Shown here: piece after piece, positions 24,361 through 36,050 of the stretch
How the letters are laid out: every line of letters begins with the position of its first letter
Position numbering within the stretch: the first letter of the stretch is position 1
Notes under the pieces: model-generated
What the model saw: only the letters and a program-made list of their open reading frames with translations
What the model was told of the DNA's origin: nothing
Databases searched by the model: none
Assembly (NCBI GenBank): GCA_051313645.2
Contig: JBNRSN020000019.1
Coordinates: 38,378,001-38,442,000, forward strand
Length of the DNA stretch: 64,000 nt
Source of the DNA: Centroscyllium fabricii
Lineage: Eukaryota
Direction: 5' to 3'
Made by a program: the position numbers and the translations under genes

Positions 24361-27300
24361 TTATACGGAACGTTTTGACTATTTTGTATTGGCAAATGGC
24401 GTGGCAAATGATAAGATCATGCCTACATTCTTGAGCGTAATTGGAGCAAAGACATACTATTTACTGCGCAGCCTTGTACAGCCAGTTAAGCCAGGAACTA
24501 AAACATATAAAGAACTCATGGAAATTCTTGAAGCACATTTTTCATCGAAACCTCTGGTTATTGTGGAGCGATTTAGATTTCACAAACGGATGCAAGGGGA
24601 AGGGGAAACACTGACTATGTTTATTGCTGCTTTGAAAAGGTTGTCGGAACACTGCGAGTTCAACAAGGTGTTGAAGGACACCGCTAGAGAAAGATTGGTG
24701 TGTAGTCTGCAAAGTGCAGCCATACAGAAATGCCTTCTTACTGAGGACAATCTCACTCTTGAAAAGGCCATTGAAGTTAGTGTCTCCATGGAGATGGCGG
24801 AAAAGGAGGCTCACCAGTTTAGTTCAACAAGGAGAGTTCGCAAGGTGTCGTCAGAGCCTAAAAGAGTGCACATGTTACCGTTGTGGGAAAACGGGCCATC
24901 ACGTTAATGACTGCTGGTGTACGGAGCTGGAATGCCAAAACTGTGGCAAAAAGGGTCACATCGAACGTGCCTGTAGAGGTAAAAAAGGAACAGAGCGAGC
25001 TGGGAAGCATGGAAACAAAATGTCTACATTTGGACAAAAGAAGAAAAAGAGTGTTCATTCAGTGCAGCGTGACGGAATAAGCAAAGCAGAGGGGAGCGAC
25101 ACCTCTGAGAATGAGGAGGTGCACATACTGACAGTTGCAGGTGGCCCAAATGGTTACTGGGTCTCACCGCTGGTGGAGGGACAATCAGTGCAGATGGAGG
25201 TGGACACAGGCGCGGCTGTGTCCCTTGTTTCAGACACTGTCTACAACAAAGTGCTAAAGCACATTACCCTTCCGCCAACAAACATTGTATTAAAGACGTA
25301 CACCGGCGAACCGGTGGCCATGAGAGGTTTCATGGAGGTGACAGTTAAATTGAATGGACAGACTGCGAAACTGCCACTATATGTGGTAAAGGGAAATTAC
25401 CCATCTCTACTGAGATGTGCGTGGCTAGAGAAAATCACGCTGAACTGGCCTGCAGTCCGCATGATGTCAAAAGGGGAGTCAGGTCTGACTGCAGCTTTAA
25501 ACAAACATGCAGAACTCTTGAATGGGGAACTTGGGAGCATGAAAAAGATCAGCGTGAGACTGGACATTAAACCTGACAGCAAACCGAAGCTTCACAAAGC
25601 CCGACCTGTACCCTATGCAATTAGGCCAAACGTTGAGGCTAACTTGGAGGCCTTAGTCGAGAATGGAATCCTGGAGCCTGAGAGAGTTGTTCCGGTCCTA
25701 AAAAAGGATGGATCTATTCGAATCTACGGAGATTTTAAAGTGACTATTAACCTGGTGCTGTTGGTGGAACAGTACCCTCTTCCCCTCATTGGTGATCTCT
25801 TTACGGGCCTGGCTGGAGGGCAAAAGTTCAGCAAAATCGACTTATGCCAGGCTTATCTACAAATGCATGTAGATGACAAATCAAAGGAGCTGCTGACAAT
25901 TGTGACACACAAGGGGCTATACAGGTACTGCCGCCTTCCATTTGGAATTACGTCGGCCCCTGCTCTATTCCAAAGGGCAATGGACCAAATTTTGAGTGGA
26001 CTGCCAGGAGTCCAGTGCTACCTGGATGACATCCTTGTCACTGGAACGAAGGAGGAGGATCATCTTCTGAATTTGAATGCGACACTACAGCAACTGAAAG
26101 AGTACAGACTCAGAGTTCGTAAGGACAAATGTGAATTCTTTCAGTCTTCTGTTGAGTACCTGGGGCATGTGATTGACACTACCGGCCTGCACAAGACACC
26201 GTCAAAGGTCAAGGTGATTGTGGAGGCCCCAGCACCCCAGAATGTGAGCCAGTTACGTTCATTCCTGGGGCTACTTAACTATTATGGAAAGTTTATTCCA
26301 AACTTAGCAACATTGTTGAAGCCGTTACACCAGTTGCTATGTCAAGGCAAAACATGGAAATGGACTGCGCTGTGCAATGAAACTTTCGCCCAAGCAAAGA
26401 AAGCATTGATGAAGTCGGAGGTCCTGACACACTTCGATCCAAAGCTACCCTTGCAGCTAGCATGTGATGCATCACCATATGGGGTGGGACCAGTCATATC
26501 TCACATCATGCCTTCTGGTGAAGAGCAACCTATCGCCTTCGCATCACGCACCTTGAACAAGACCGAGAGTAACTATGCACAGATTGAGCGCAAGACATTG
26601 GGAATCGTTTTTGGAATTCGAAAATTTCATCAGTACTTGTTTGGGAGAAGGTTCACACTCCTGACGGACCATCGTCCCTTGACATCAATCTTTGGGCCCC
26701 ACACCGGAATTCCGTCTCTCGCTGCAAGCAGGATGCAAAGATGGGCATTGTTGTTGTCGGGACACACATACGACATCAAATATCGTAAATCAGAACTGCA
26801 CGGCCATGCAGATGGTCTTTCGAGGCTGCACTTGTCTGTTACTCACCCAGAGATAGACATCTTCTACTTCAGACAAGTTGAGGGAGCACCTGTCACTGCA
26901 GCCCAGGTGCGAAGGCACACCCACAACGATCCAGTTCTGTCTGAGGTAATGGACGATGTCATTTGAGGGAGAACTATAGTAGATTCTCCTCAGTTGAAAC
27001 CTTATGTTTCAAAAAGAAATGAGCTCTCCGTCCAGGCAGGTTGTCTTCTCTGGGGACACCGTGTCATCACTCCGCCACCTCTGAGGGAAACTGTACTGCA
27101 ACAACTTCATGCAGGCCACAGTGGGATGGTTCGGATGAAGGAAATGGCCAGAAGCTACTTCTGGTGGCCAGGTCTCGATGGAAACATTGAGGAGAAAGCA
27201 AAAACATGTTCCCCGTGTCAAAGGGTCCGGAATGTTCCACAGCTGGCACCCCTACATCCCTGGAATTGGCCTGAAGAAGTGTGGCAGCACATACATGTGG

Positions 27301-28363
27301 ACTTCGCCAGTCCTTTCGAAGAGAAGATGTTTATGGTGGTTGTGGATGCTCATAGCAAGTGGCTGGAGGTCGCTGTGATGAGGTCTACCATGGCAGAGAA
27401 AACAATTGAGAAATTCGGTGAGATGTTCAGCCGTTATGGCTCACCAGAGCAACTCGTAAGTGACAACGGTCCACAATTTGTGTCACAGGAGTTTGCAACT
27501 TTCCTGCGAGTGAATGGTGTCCAACCCATCAGATCTGCGCCCTACCATCCCTCTACTAACGGCCTGGTAGAAAGGTTCGTGCAAACCTTGAAGCACGCCT
27601 TGAAGGCATCGCAAGGTCAGGCCTCAATCCACCAACATCTGAACAGCTTCCTGTTGTCCTACAGGAACGAGCCGCATGCCACAACCAAAACTTCCCCCAC
27701 TTCGCTCATGATGAAGAGGCAGTTGCGGACAAGTTTTGACTTACTCAAACCTCCAAGGACAGAGCAGGTTGTCCAATGTCAGCAACAAGCTCAAGTTGAA
27801 AGAAGGGAGATAAGAGCCAAGGAGAGACGGTTTCATCCTGGAGAGCAAGTCCTAGCTCGAAACTACAACGCTGGACAGAAATGTGTTCCTGCTACAGTGA
27901 TCGCGCAGATGGGCCCTGTGTCGTACAGGGTTGAGACTGCTGAGGATGTCATTTGGAGAAGACACACTGATCAACTGTTGCTAGGAGCAGAGACAGCCAC
28001 CGAGGCTCCAAGGGCTGATTGGCCTGAACTGTTTCCGGATGACACCGCAAACCAGCATCTTTCTGCACAGTGCTCTTCTCCAACACAGGAAGTCAAAGAG
28101 ACTGTTCCACCTGTACAAACTCCTGACTTTCGACTAACACAGGCACCTTCTCCATCCAGTCCTGTGTCAATGTCTACTGCTGTTGAAGCCAGCGATGCCT
28201 GCTGGTATCCTGTCAGAGAGCGGCGGCCTCCAAGACTCTTCGATATGTAGGCTTAGCGACTTATCCACAAGAATGGGCAGAATAAACCCCAGGGTAAAGT
28301 CAAGGTTTGAGGCAGTCTACCTCTACCCTTAGTTAGTTGAGTGTATTGGAAGTAATTTACTCA

Positions 28364-31300
28364 GAACATAGAACATAGAACAGTACAGCACAGTACAGGC
28401 CCTTCGGCCCTCAATGTTATGCCGAGCATTGCCCTATACGAAGATCTAGCTATCCCACCCCCTAACATTCTTTGTACTCCATGTGTCTATCCAGTAACCT
28501 TTTGAAGGTTCCCAAATTGTCCGATTCCACTATTTCAGCGGGCAGTGCATTCCACACCCCGACCACTCTCTGAGTAAAGAATCTACCTCGGACATCCTTC
28601 CTATATCTCCCACCATGTACCTTATAGTTATGCCCTCTTGTAACCGCTACACCCACCCTAGGAAATAGCCTCTGTATGTCCACTCTATCTATCCCCCTCA
28701 TCATCTTATAAACCTCGATTAAGTCGCCTCTCATCCTCCTTTGCTCCAAAGAGAAAAGCCCCAGCTCCCTCAACCTCTCCTCATAAGACCTTCCCCCCAA
28801 ACCAGGTAGCATCCTGGTAAATCTCCTCTGCACTCTTTCCAATGCCTCCACGTCCTTCCTATAGTGAGGTGAACAAAACTGCACACAATATTCCAAGTGT
28901 GGTCTCACCAGGGACCTGTACAGTTGCATCATAACCTCACGGTTCCTAAATTCAAACCCCTTGTTTACAAACGCCAACACACTGTAGGCCTTCTTTACAG
29001 CTCTATCCACTTGAGTGGCAACCTTCAGCGATTTATGGATATGAACTCCAAGATCCCTTTGTTCCTCCACATTCTTCAGAACCTTTCCGTTGACCCTGTA
29101 CTCCATATTCAAATTTGTCCTACCAAAATGAATCACCTCGCACTTGTCCGGGTTAAACTCCATCTGCCACTTTTCGGCCCAGCTCTGCATCCTGTCAATG
29201 TCTCTCTGCAGCCTGCAACATCCCTCCACCTCATCCACTACTCCACCAATCTTGGTGTCATCTGCAAATTTACTGACACACCCTTCAGCCCCCTCCTCCA
29301 AGTCATTGATAAAAATCACAAATAGCAGAGGACCCAGCACCGACCCTTGCGGCACACCGCTGGTAACTGGTCTCCAGCCCGAATATTTTCCATCCACCAC
29401 CACCCTCTGCCTCCTATGAGATAGCCAGTTACTTATCCAATCTGCCAGATTTCCCTCTATCCCACAACTCCTTACTTTCATCATGAGCCGCCCATGGGGA
29501 ACCTTATCAAATGCCTTACTAAAATCCATGTATACGACATCAACTGCCTTATCTTCATCTACACACTTAGTTACCTCCTCAAAGAATTCAATCAAATTTG
29601 TTAGGCATGACTTACCCTTCACGAAACCGTGTTGACGATTCCGGATTAAGCTGCCCCTTTCCAAATGGTTATAAATCCTATCCCTCAGGACCTTTTCCAT
29701 TAACTTACCGACCACTGAAGTAAGACTAACCGGTCTATAGTTACCAGGATCGTTTCTATGACCCTTCTTGAACAGAGGAACAACATTTGCCACTCTCCAG
29801 TCCTCAGGCACTATCCCCGTGGACAGTGAGGACCCAAAGATCAAAGCCAACGGCTCTGCAATCTCATCCCTTGCCTCCCAAAGAACCCTAGGGTATATCC
29901 CATCTGGCCCAGGGGACTTATCGACCCTCAGCTTCTTCAGAATTGCCAATACATCTTCCCTTAGACCTATCACCTCCCTCATCCTATCCACCTGTATCCC
30001 ACTCTCATCCTCAAAACCACAGCCCCTCCCCTTGGTGAACACAGAAGAGAAGTACTCATTCAACGCATCTCCTATCTCTTCTGAGTCCATGCACAAATTC
30101 CCACTACTGTCCTTGACCGGCCCTACCCTCACCCTGGTCATTCTTTTATTTCTCACATATGAATAAAAAGCCTTTGGGTTCTCCTTGATCCGACCCGCTA
30201 GGGACTTCTCATGCCACCTCCTAGCTTTCCTCAGCCCCTTTTTTAGTTCAGTCCTTGCTACCTTGTAATCCACAATCGACCCTGCTGAACCATGTTTCCT
30301 CATCTTTACATACGCTTCCTTTTTCCTTTTGACTAGACCTTCGACCTCTTTTGTGAACCACGGTTCCCTCACTCTTCCATTACCTCCCTGCCTGACAGGG
30401 ACATGCCTATCAAGGTCACGCAGTATTTGTTCCTTGAACAAGCTCCACTTATCGTCCGTGCCTTTCCCAGAAAGTTCCTGTTCCCATCCTATGCTCCCTA
30501 ATTCCTGCCTAATCACATCATAATTACCCCTCCCCCAATTATAAACCTTTCCCTGCCGTATGACCCTATCCCTCTCCATTGTAATAGTGAAAGTGACCAA
30601 ATTGTGGTCACTATCTCCAAAGTGCTCTCTCACAACCAAATCTAACACTTGGCCCAGTACATTACCCAATACCAAATCCAAAGTTGCCCCACCTCTTGTC
30701 AGTCTATCCACATATTGTGTCAGGAAAGCCTCCTGCACACTATTTGACTGACGTATCATCAATGAAGCAAAGACGAGCAGTTACCTTAACTAGAGGCTTT
30801 TATTCACTTTACAATGGAGCTACTCTCCAGTCGAACATTGAGTACAGAATGAATGGGGGCAGGTCAGACCCCACCTATAAGGCACTCACCTGAGGGGAGG
30901 AGTTAGAGGTGTGGCTGACCTGACCTCGCGACAGTGTCGTTATACAAAACTATGTACAATGCACCCAGCCACTATACATGCTGGTTTATAGTGTGCTCAA
31001 CTATTTACACTGGTAATTACGATTACCACATTGACCTATAAAGATTCCAGTCAATATTTGGAAAGTTAAAGTTCCCCATGACAACCACCCTATGTCCTCC
31101 ACACCTATCCATAATCTGCTTTGCAATTTCCTCCTCCACATCTCTATTACTATTTGGGGGCCTGTAGAAAACTCCCAACAATGTGACCGCCCTTTTCTCA
31201 TTTCTTACTTCAGTCCATATTACCTCAGTGGGCAGATCCCCCTCGAACTGCCTTTCTGCAGCTGTTACGCTATCTTTGATTAACAAATGCTACTCCTCCA

Positions 31301-32540
31301 CCCCGCTTTCCTCCTTCCCTGCTTCTACTGAAACATCTATTCCCCGGAACCTCCAACAACCATTCCTGACCCTGTTCCAACCATGTCTCCATAATGGCCA
31401 CCACATCGTAGTCCCACGTACCGATCCACGCTCCAAGTTCTCCTACCTTATTCTGGATGCTCCTCGCATTGAAGTAGACACACTTCAACCCACCTTCTTG
31501 CCTGCCGGTACACTCCTGCGACCTTGATACCCTCCTCAGTACCTCCCTACACTCAACACTGTCTTCTGTACTACTGCCCGTGTTCCCATCCCCCTGACAA
31601 ATTAGTTTAAATCCCCCCAAAGAGCCGTAGCAAATTTCCCTCCCACGATATTGGTGCCCCTCTGGTTCAGGTGCAAACCGTCCTGTTTGTACAAGTCCCA
31701 CCTTCCCCAAAATGTGCTCCAATTATCCACGTAACTGAACCTCTCCCTTCTACACCATCCCTGCAGCCACGTGTGTGTCTGCACTCTCTCCCTATTCCTC
31801 AACTCGCTAGCACGTGGCACCGGCAGCAAACCAGAGATTACAACATGGTTTGTACTGGCTCTCAGCTTCTGCCCTAGCTCCCTAAATTCCTGCTTTTAAT
31901 CCCCGTCCCTTCTCTTACCTATGTCGTTGGTACCAATATGTACCACGACTTGTGACTGTTTACCCTCCCCCTTAAGGATTCTGAAAACACGGTCCGAGAC
32001 GTCACGGACCCTGGCACCCGGGAGGCAACCATCCGAGAGTCTCTTTCATTTCCACAGAACCTCCTATCTGTCCCTCTAACTATCGAGTCCCCAATAACTA
32101 TTGCTCTCTGTTTCTCCCCCCTTCCCTTCTGAGCCACAGAGACGGACTCGATGACAGAGATCCGGTCACCGTGGCATACCCCTGGTAGGTCGTTCCCCCC
32201 AGCAGTATTCAAAGCAGTATACTTGTTACTGAGGGGAACGACCACAGAGGATTTCTACACTGACTGCCCCCTCCTAGCCCCCCTCACCGTCACCCATCTA
32301 TCGTCACACTTTGGAGTAACTACATCGCTGTAGCTTCCATCTATGACCTCCTCTGCCTCCCTAATAATCCGAAGTTCATCCAGTTCCAGCTCCAGTTCCC
32401 TAACTCGGTTTTCGAGGAGCTGGAGCTGGGTGCATTTCCCACAGGTGAAACCAGCCGGGACTCCATTGGCTTCCCTCAGCTGAAACATCCTGCAGGAGGA
32501 ACATATCACTGCCTCCCCTGCCATCCCCACCATATAGCCT
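28364..32540 (-). mobile_element. Near full-length CR1 LINE nested in the Gypsy B 3' region; ORF1 about 31602-32533, ORF2 with an uninterrupted RT part at 28462-30748
   Basis: ORF1 CSSC/CGKC, IVIGDS, DGLHLN. ORF2 YFNARS, DSDHN, DKSPGPDG, NYRPVSLTS, FADD. Tail (ttctatg)n seen as catagaa repeats. Confidence 0.95.
30749..31030 (-). mobile_element. Solo LTR (Gypsy C family) inserted in CR1 ORF2
   Basis: 5-bp TSD TTGAC; clear homology to 34512-34829 (cacacctctaactcctcccctcaggtgagtgccttatagg). Confidence 0.92.
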
Positions 32541-33547
32541 TCAAGGAATAATGGGACATTTTATTTAAGGAGGGAGGAGAATGATATGTATGTATGTGTT
32601 ATCCTCCCACCTGTGGTGGCGCTGCTATAGCACTGCACAGCCATGAGGTTCTTTTACTTTTTAGTTTCAGTTTCTCTTTTAACTGTTGATTAAACTAGAC
32701 ACCTTTTTACAGCTCGGAAGCTTGAATTCTCTTTGTGTTTAAGTAGAAAGACTTTGATACAATACCTGTACTTGTAAAAGCAGGCGCAAGGCCTGCTTTT
32801 ACCAGGATGAGTTTTTTTTTAATTTCCACTGATTTATCATTTAAAAATACTTTAAAGAAAGGTAAGTTTATTTTTAAGCCCCGTTAAAAACTTTAATTAT
32901 TGTTTCCAAAAATTTAAATTTTTGTTTAAAATAGTTAATTTATGTAATTTATAATCATTTTATAAATGTGATTAAAAAAATTATTTGAAGTTTTACTATG
33001 TTTTGGGGCTGATCTCTATTCATATATTTGAGAGGTCTTCCTGTAAAATCTATGAATGGAGATTCCTTTCTCTGATTGGCTTCCCATGGCCCACGTGATC
33101 CCAGGGACGCTGCGAACCGCTTGCGCCTCTGGGATACGTGGGCCCTGCATACCAGCAGTTTGGAGAGGCTCAGCAATGGAACACTGCACCTCCCAGGAGC
33201 CCTCCAGCCCAGGTGCAGATTTTTCCAGATCGCAGACCTCCCGCGGGCGGAGGACTGCGATCTGGAAAAATCTGCGCCTGGGCTGGAGGGCTCCTGGGAG
33301 GTGCAGTGTTCCATTAGCCCTGAATTTCCTCAGACTTGCAGCTGCTTCAACAGAAGTATGGCAGAATCTCTGTGTATGCACGTAAACGGTGTTCCTGTTG
33401 CATGTCTGGTGGTGTTACACCGGTGCAGCAGCAGAAAGTCCAAGGAAATTCAGGGCCCTTAAGTAGAATTTTGCCTGAGGAAATGAAAACTCAATAATAA
33501 ATGGCAGCCGAAAGGGGAAAAAAAGGTTCAGCGACAACCAAAACATT

Positions 33548-34252
33548 AGGGGGCACAAATTCAGTCGCGCCCCCTTTGGGGTTCTAACTTCAAAAATGTT
33601 AGCGCCCCCGCGCCGTAAATTGAGCAGTAGCGCCCCAAGCAGGAGGCAGGGCGCTATTGGAAGCGCTCCCTTTCCCTCTTGGGGCACTACCATTCGATAT
33701 CACGGCGCTACATACAACAGCGCCAAACACTTTGGCCCATTGTTCCGCGGTATTACAGGCCTCCCTCCCCTGATTAATGGGGAGGGCCTAGCGCAGCACG
33801 CACTGGGGCCCTGCTGGATCACCAGGGGGCGGGGTGCCGGGAAAACAGCCTGGCACTCAAGATGATTGCCGGGCTGACCGATCGCGACCGGCACCCCGCA
33901 GGAGGTGGCGAAAGGGGACAGGTGCTGGCAGGTGGTCCAAAACAATGACCGCCTCGCACCTGCCCTTTAATTAGCGCCACCATGGCCGCAAATTTGTCAC
34001 CCTGACCCTGTCGGACATAGCGTTCGGCATTAGGTCAGGGGGTGCGACCGAAGCCTGTGGCCGGGGCACTGCACACAGCGATTATGTCATCGCCAGAGGC
34101 GCAGCATCATGGGGTGCTACTGGCTACCGCCGCCACTAACATCCCGCTGAATTTCGTGGGAGGCATTAGCGGCGCCGCGCCCAGGCATTAGTGGCTTTGC
34201 ACCCAGTTAGCAGCCACTTGGTGGGAGGCGCAAGGCAACCCAATTTTTCCCC
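33548..34252 (+). mobile_element. GC-rich MITE (gggg..aaatt termini), related to 40806-41333
   Basis: Imperfect TIRs ggggcacaaattc / caatttttcccc; shared internal blocks tgaccctgtcRgacatagcgt and cgctgaaYttcRYgggagg. Confidence 0.7.
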
Positions 34253-35779
34253 CTAGGTATCATCAATTAGTGCAATGTTTTTTGTGGCCCGAAATTGGTG
34301 CTTAGTAAGGCAAGCAATATTATAACCAAGGAGTGAAACACTTAGATCATCGAAGGAATATTTTTCCGACTTCACTCTTCCGACGAAGAGCTTTGTGCAA
34401 CAGCAGCACATATTTGAAATTTGCGCACTGCTGCATAAGATTTTCCGACTGCTGATATTAATGGTCAGAAAAGCATGCACAGCAGGCACCAGAATTTTCA
34501 GTATGCATCAGTGTGGTAACCGTTATATATACTCTTTTACCACCATAATATTGTTGCCCAATATTAACCTGTATGTATAGCGGCCGGGTGCATGATACAC
34601 TGCTTTGTATTGCGACACTGCTTTGTATTGCGACACTGTCGCGGGGTCAGGTCAGCCACACCTCTAACTCCTCCCCTCAGGTGAGTGCCTTATAGGTGGG
34701 GTCTGACCTGCCCCCATCCATTCTGTACCTGATGTTCGATCAGTGCGTAGCTCCTTTGTAAGCTAATAAAAGCCTTTAGTTAAGGTAACTACGCGTCTTT
34801 AGTTTTATTAGACTATTGACGATACGTCAATTTTATTAGCTTAAAATTAAAAATGGAGAGCAGCGCTGTGAAACCCTAAAAACTGGACATTAGTCCACAG
34901 GACCCAGCCGCCGCCAATACCTTTGAACACTGGTTCAGTCTCATCGAGGCCTACATGGAGGCCGCCAAGGCGACAACCGACGGGAACAAGCTGCATGTTC
35001 TCACTTCCAGGATCTCCAGCCGGGTATACTCCTTCATCCGCGACGCTAAGACGTACCCTGAAGCCGTGGAGAAACTGAGGAAATGCTACGAGCGCCCGGT
35101 CCACTCAGTCTACGCCAGACATGTGCTCGCGACCAGACCACAACTAGTGGGTGAGTCCAATGAACAATACCTGTTGGCCCTCCAAGCCCTTGTCCGGGCC
35201 TGTGACTGCAAACCACGGACGGCACAAGAGGAGGCGAATCTCCTCGTCCGGGACGCCTATGTAACGGGGATCAGGTCCGCGGAGGCCCGCCAGCGGCTGC
35301 TGGAGAAAGAGACACTAACGCTAGACGAGGCGATCTCCCTCTCCAACGCTGTGGATGGCGCGCGCCGCAGACTATAGGCATACGGCGGCCAAAACCCACA
35401 CGCTGCCTTCGACTCCTGGGCGGCCCCACAACGGGTTGAGACCCCCACAACGGCAGCGGCAGCTGCGAAGACGCCGGCGGAGAAGAAATGCTATTTCTGC
35501 GGCCAGGGACTACACCCAAGGGCGAAATGCCCTGCGAGGACCGCGACCTGCGAGAGGTGCTCGAATAAGGGACACTACGCCAGGGCCTGCAAATCGGCCT
35601 CGGTGTCCAGCTCCAGGTACAACAGCGTGGCCTGCGAAAGTTCCAACACCGGCACTTGGCCTCAGGTAAGCTGCAGCTGCAGCGCGACCCAGCGACGGTC
35701 CGGGGGTAGGGTACAAGCACCCCCGTCTCCCACCCTGATGCGGCAGAGGCTGGCCGCGCCCACGGCATGCCAGACTCGA

Positions 35780-36050
35780 CCACGGCCGGCCATGTGCGAC
35801 CCCCCAACGCCGGCATCTCGCCCAGCGCGGCCCGCTGTGTGCGAATCACGGGCACCGCCAACCCAGCCACCGCAGCCCGCTGCGTGCGAACCACGGGCAC
35901 CGCCACCGCATCCACAGCGGCCCGCCGCGTGCGAATCACGGGCGCCGCCATCTTGTCTTCAGCGGCCAGCCATGTGCGACCCCCCGGCGCCGCCATTTTA
36001 TCCACAGCGGCCGACCATGTGCGGATCACGGGCGCCGCCATCTTGTGCAC
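35780..36050 (+). repeat. 45-bp (15-aa) tandem repeat, about 6 copies, in the Gypsy C gag-protease linker
   Basis: RPAMCDPP.../RPAACESRAPP... periodicity; gccgccatYtt at 35944, 35989 and 36034. Confidence 0.8.

Larger units (their letters stand above)
23231..32766 (+). mobile_element. Gypsy/Ty3 LTR retrotransposon B (LTRs 23231-23414 and 32582-32766): gag from 23590, CCHC fingers, protease, RT, RNase H, integrase to 28250
   Basis: TSD TGTA; PPT aaggagggaggagaa; decayed PBS tggcaacaaagtgggatt resembling tRNA-Ser(GCT). Motifs CYRCGKTGH, VDTGA, YPLP, YLDDILV, CDASPYG, SDNGPQF, GLVERFV. One frameshift and one stop separate the long ORFs. Confidence 0.94.
23001..33458 (+). mobile_element. MITE-like host element split by Gypsy B (pieces about 23001-23230 and 32771-33458)
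   Basis: The pieces are colinear with the related element at 61138-61768. The right piece has an internal inverted repeat (about 33176-33314) and ends gaaattcagggccc. Confidence 0.55.

Noticed and set aside
28462-30762. 766-aa ORF as an intact active CR1 ORF2
   Set aside because: Its start codon comes from the inserted solo LTR, and the endonuclease region is interrupted and frameshifted.
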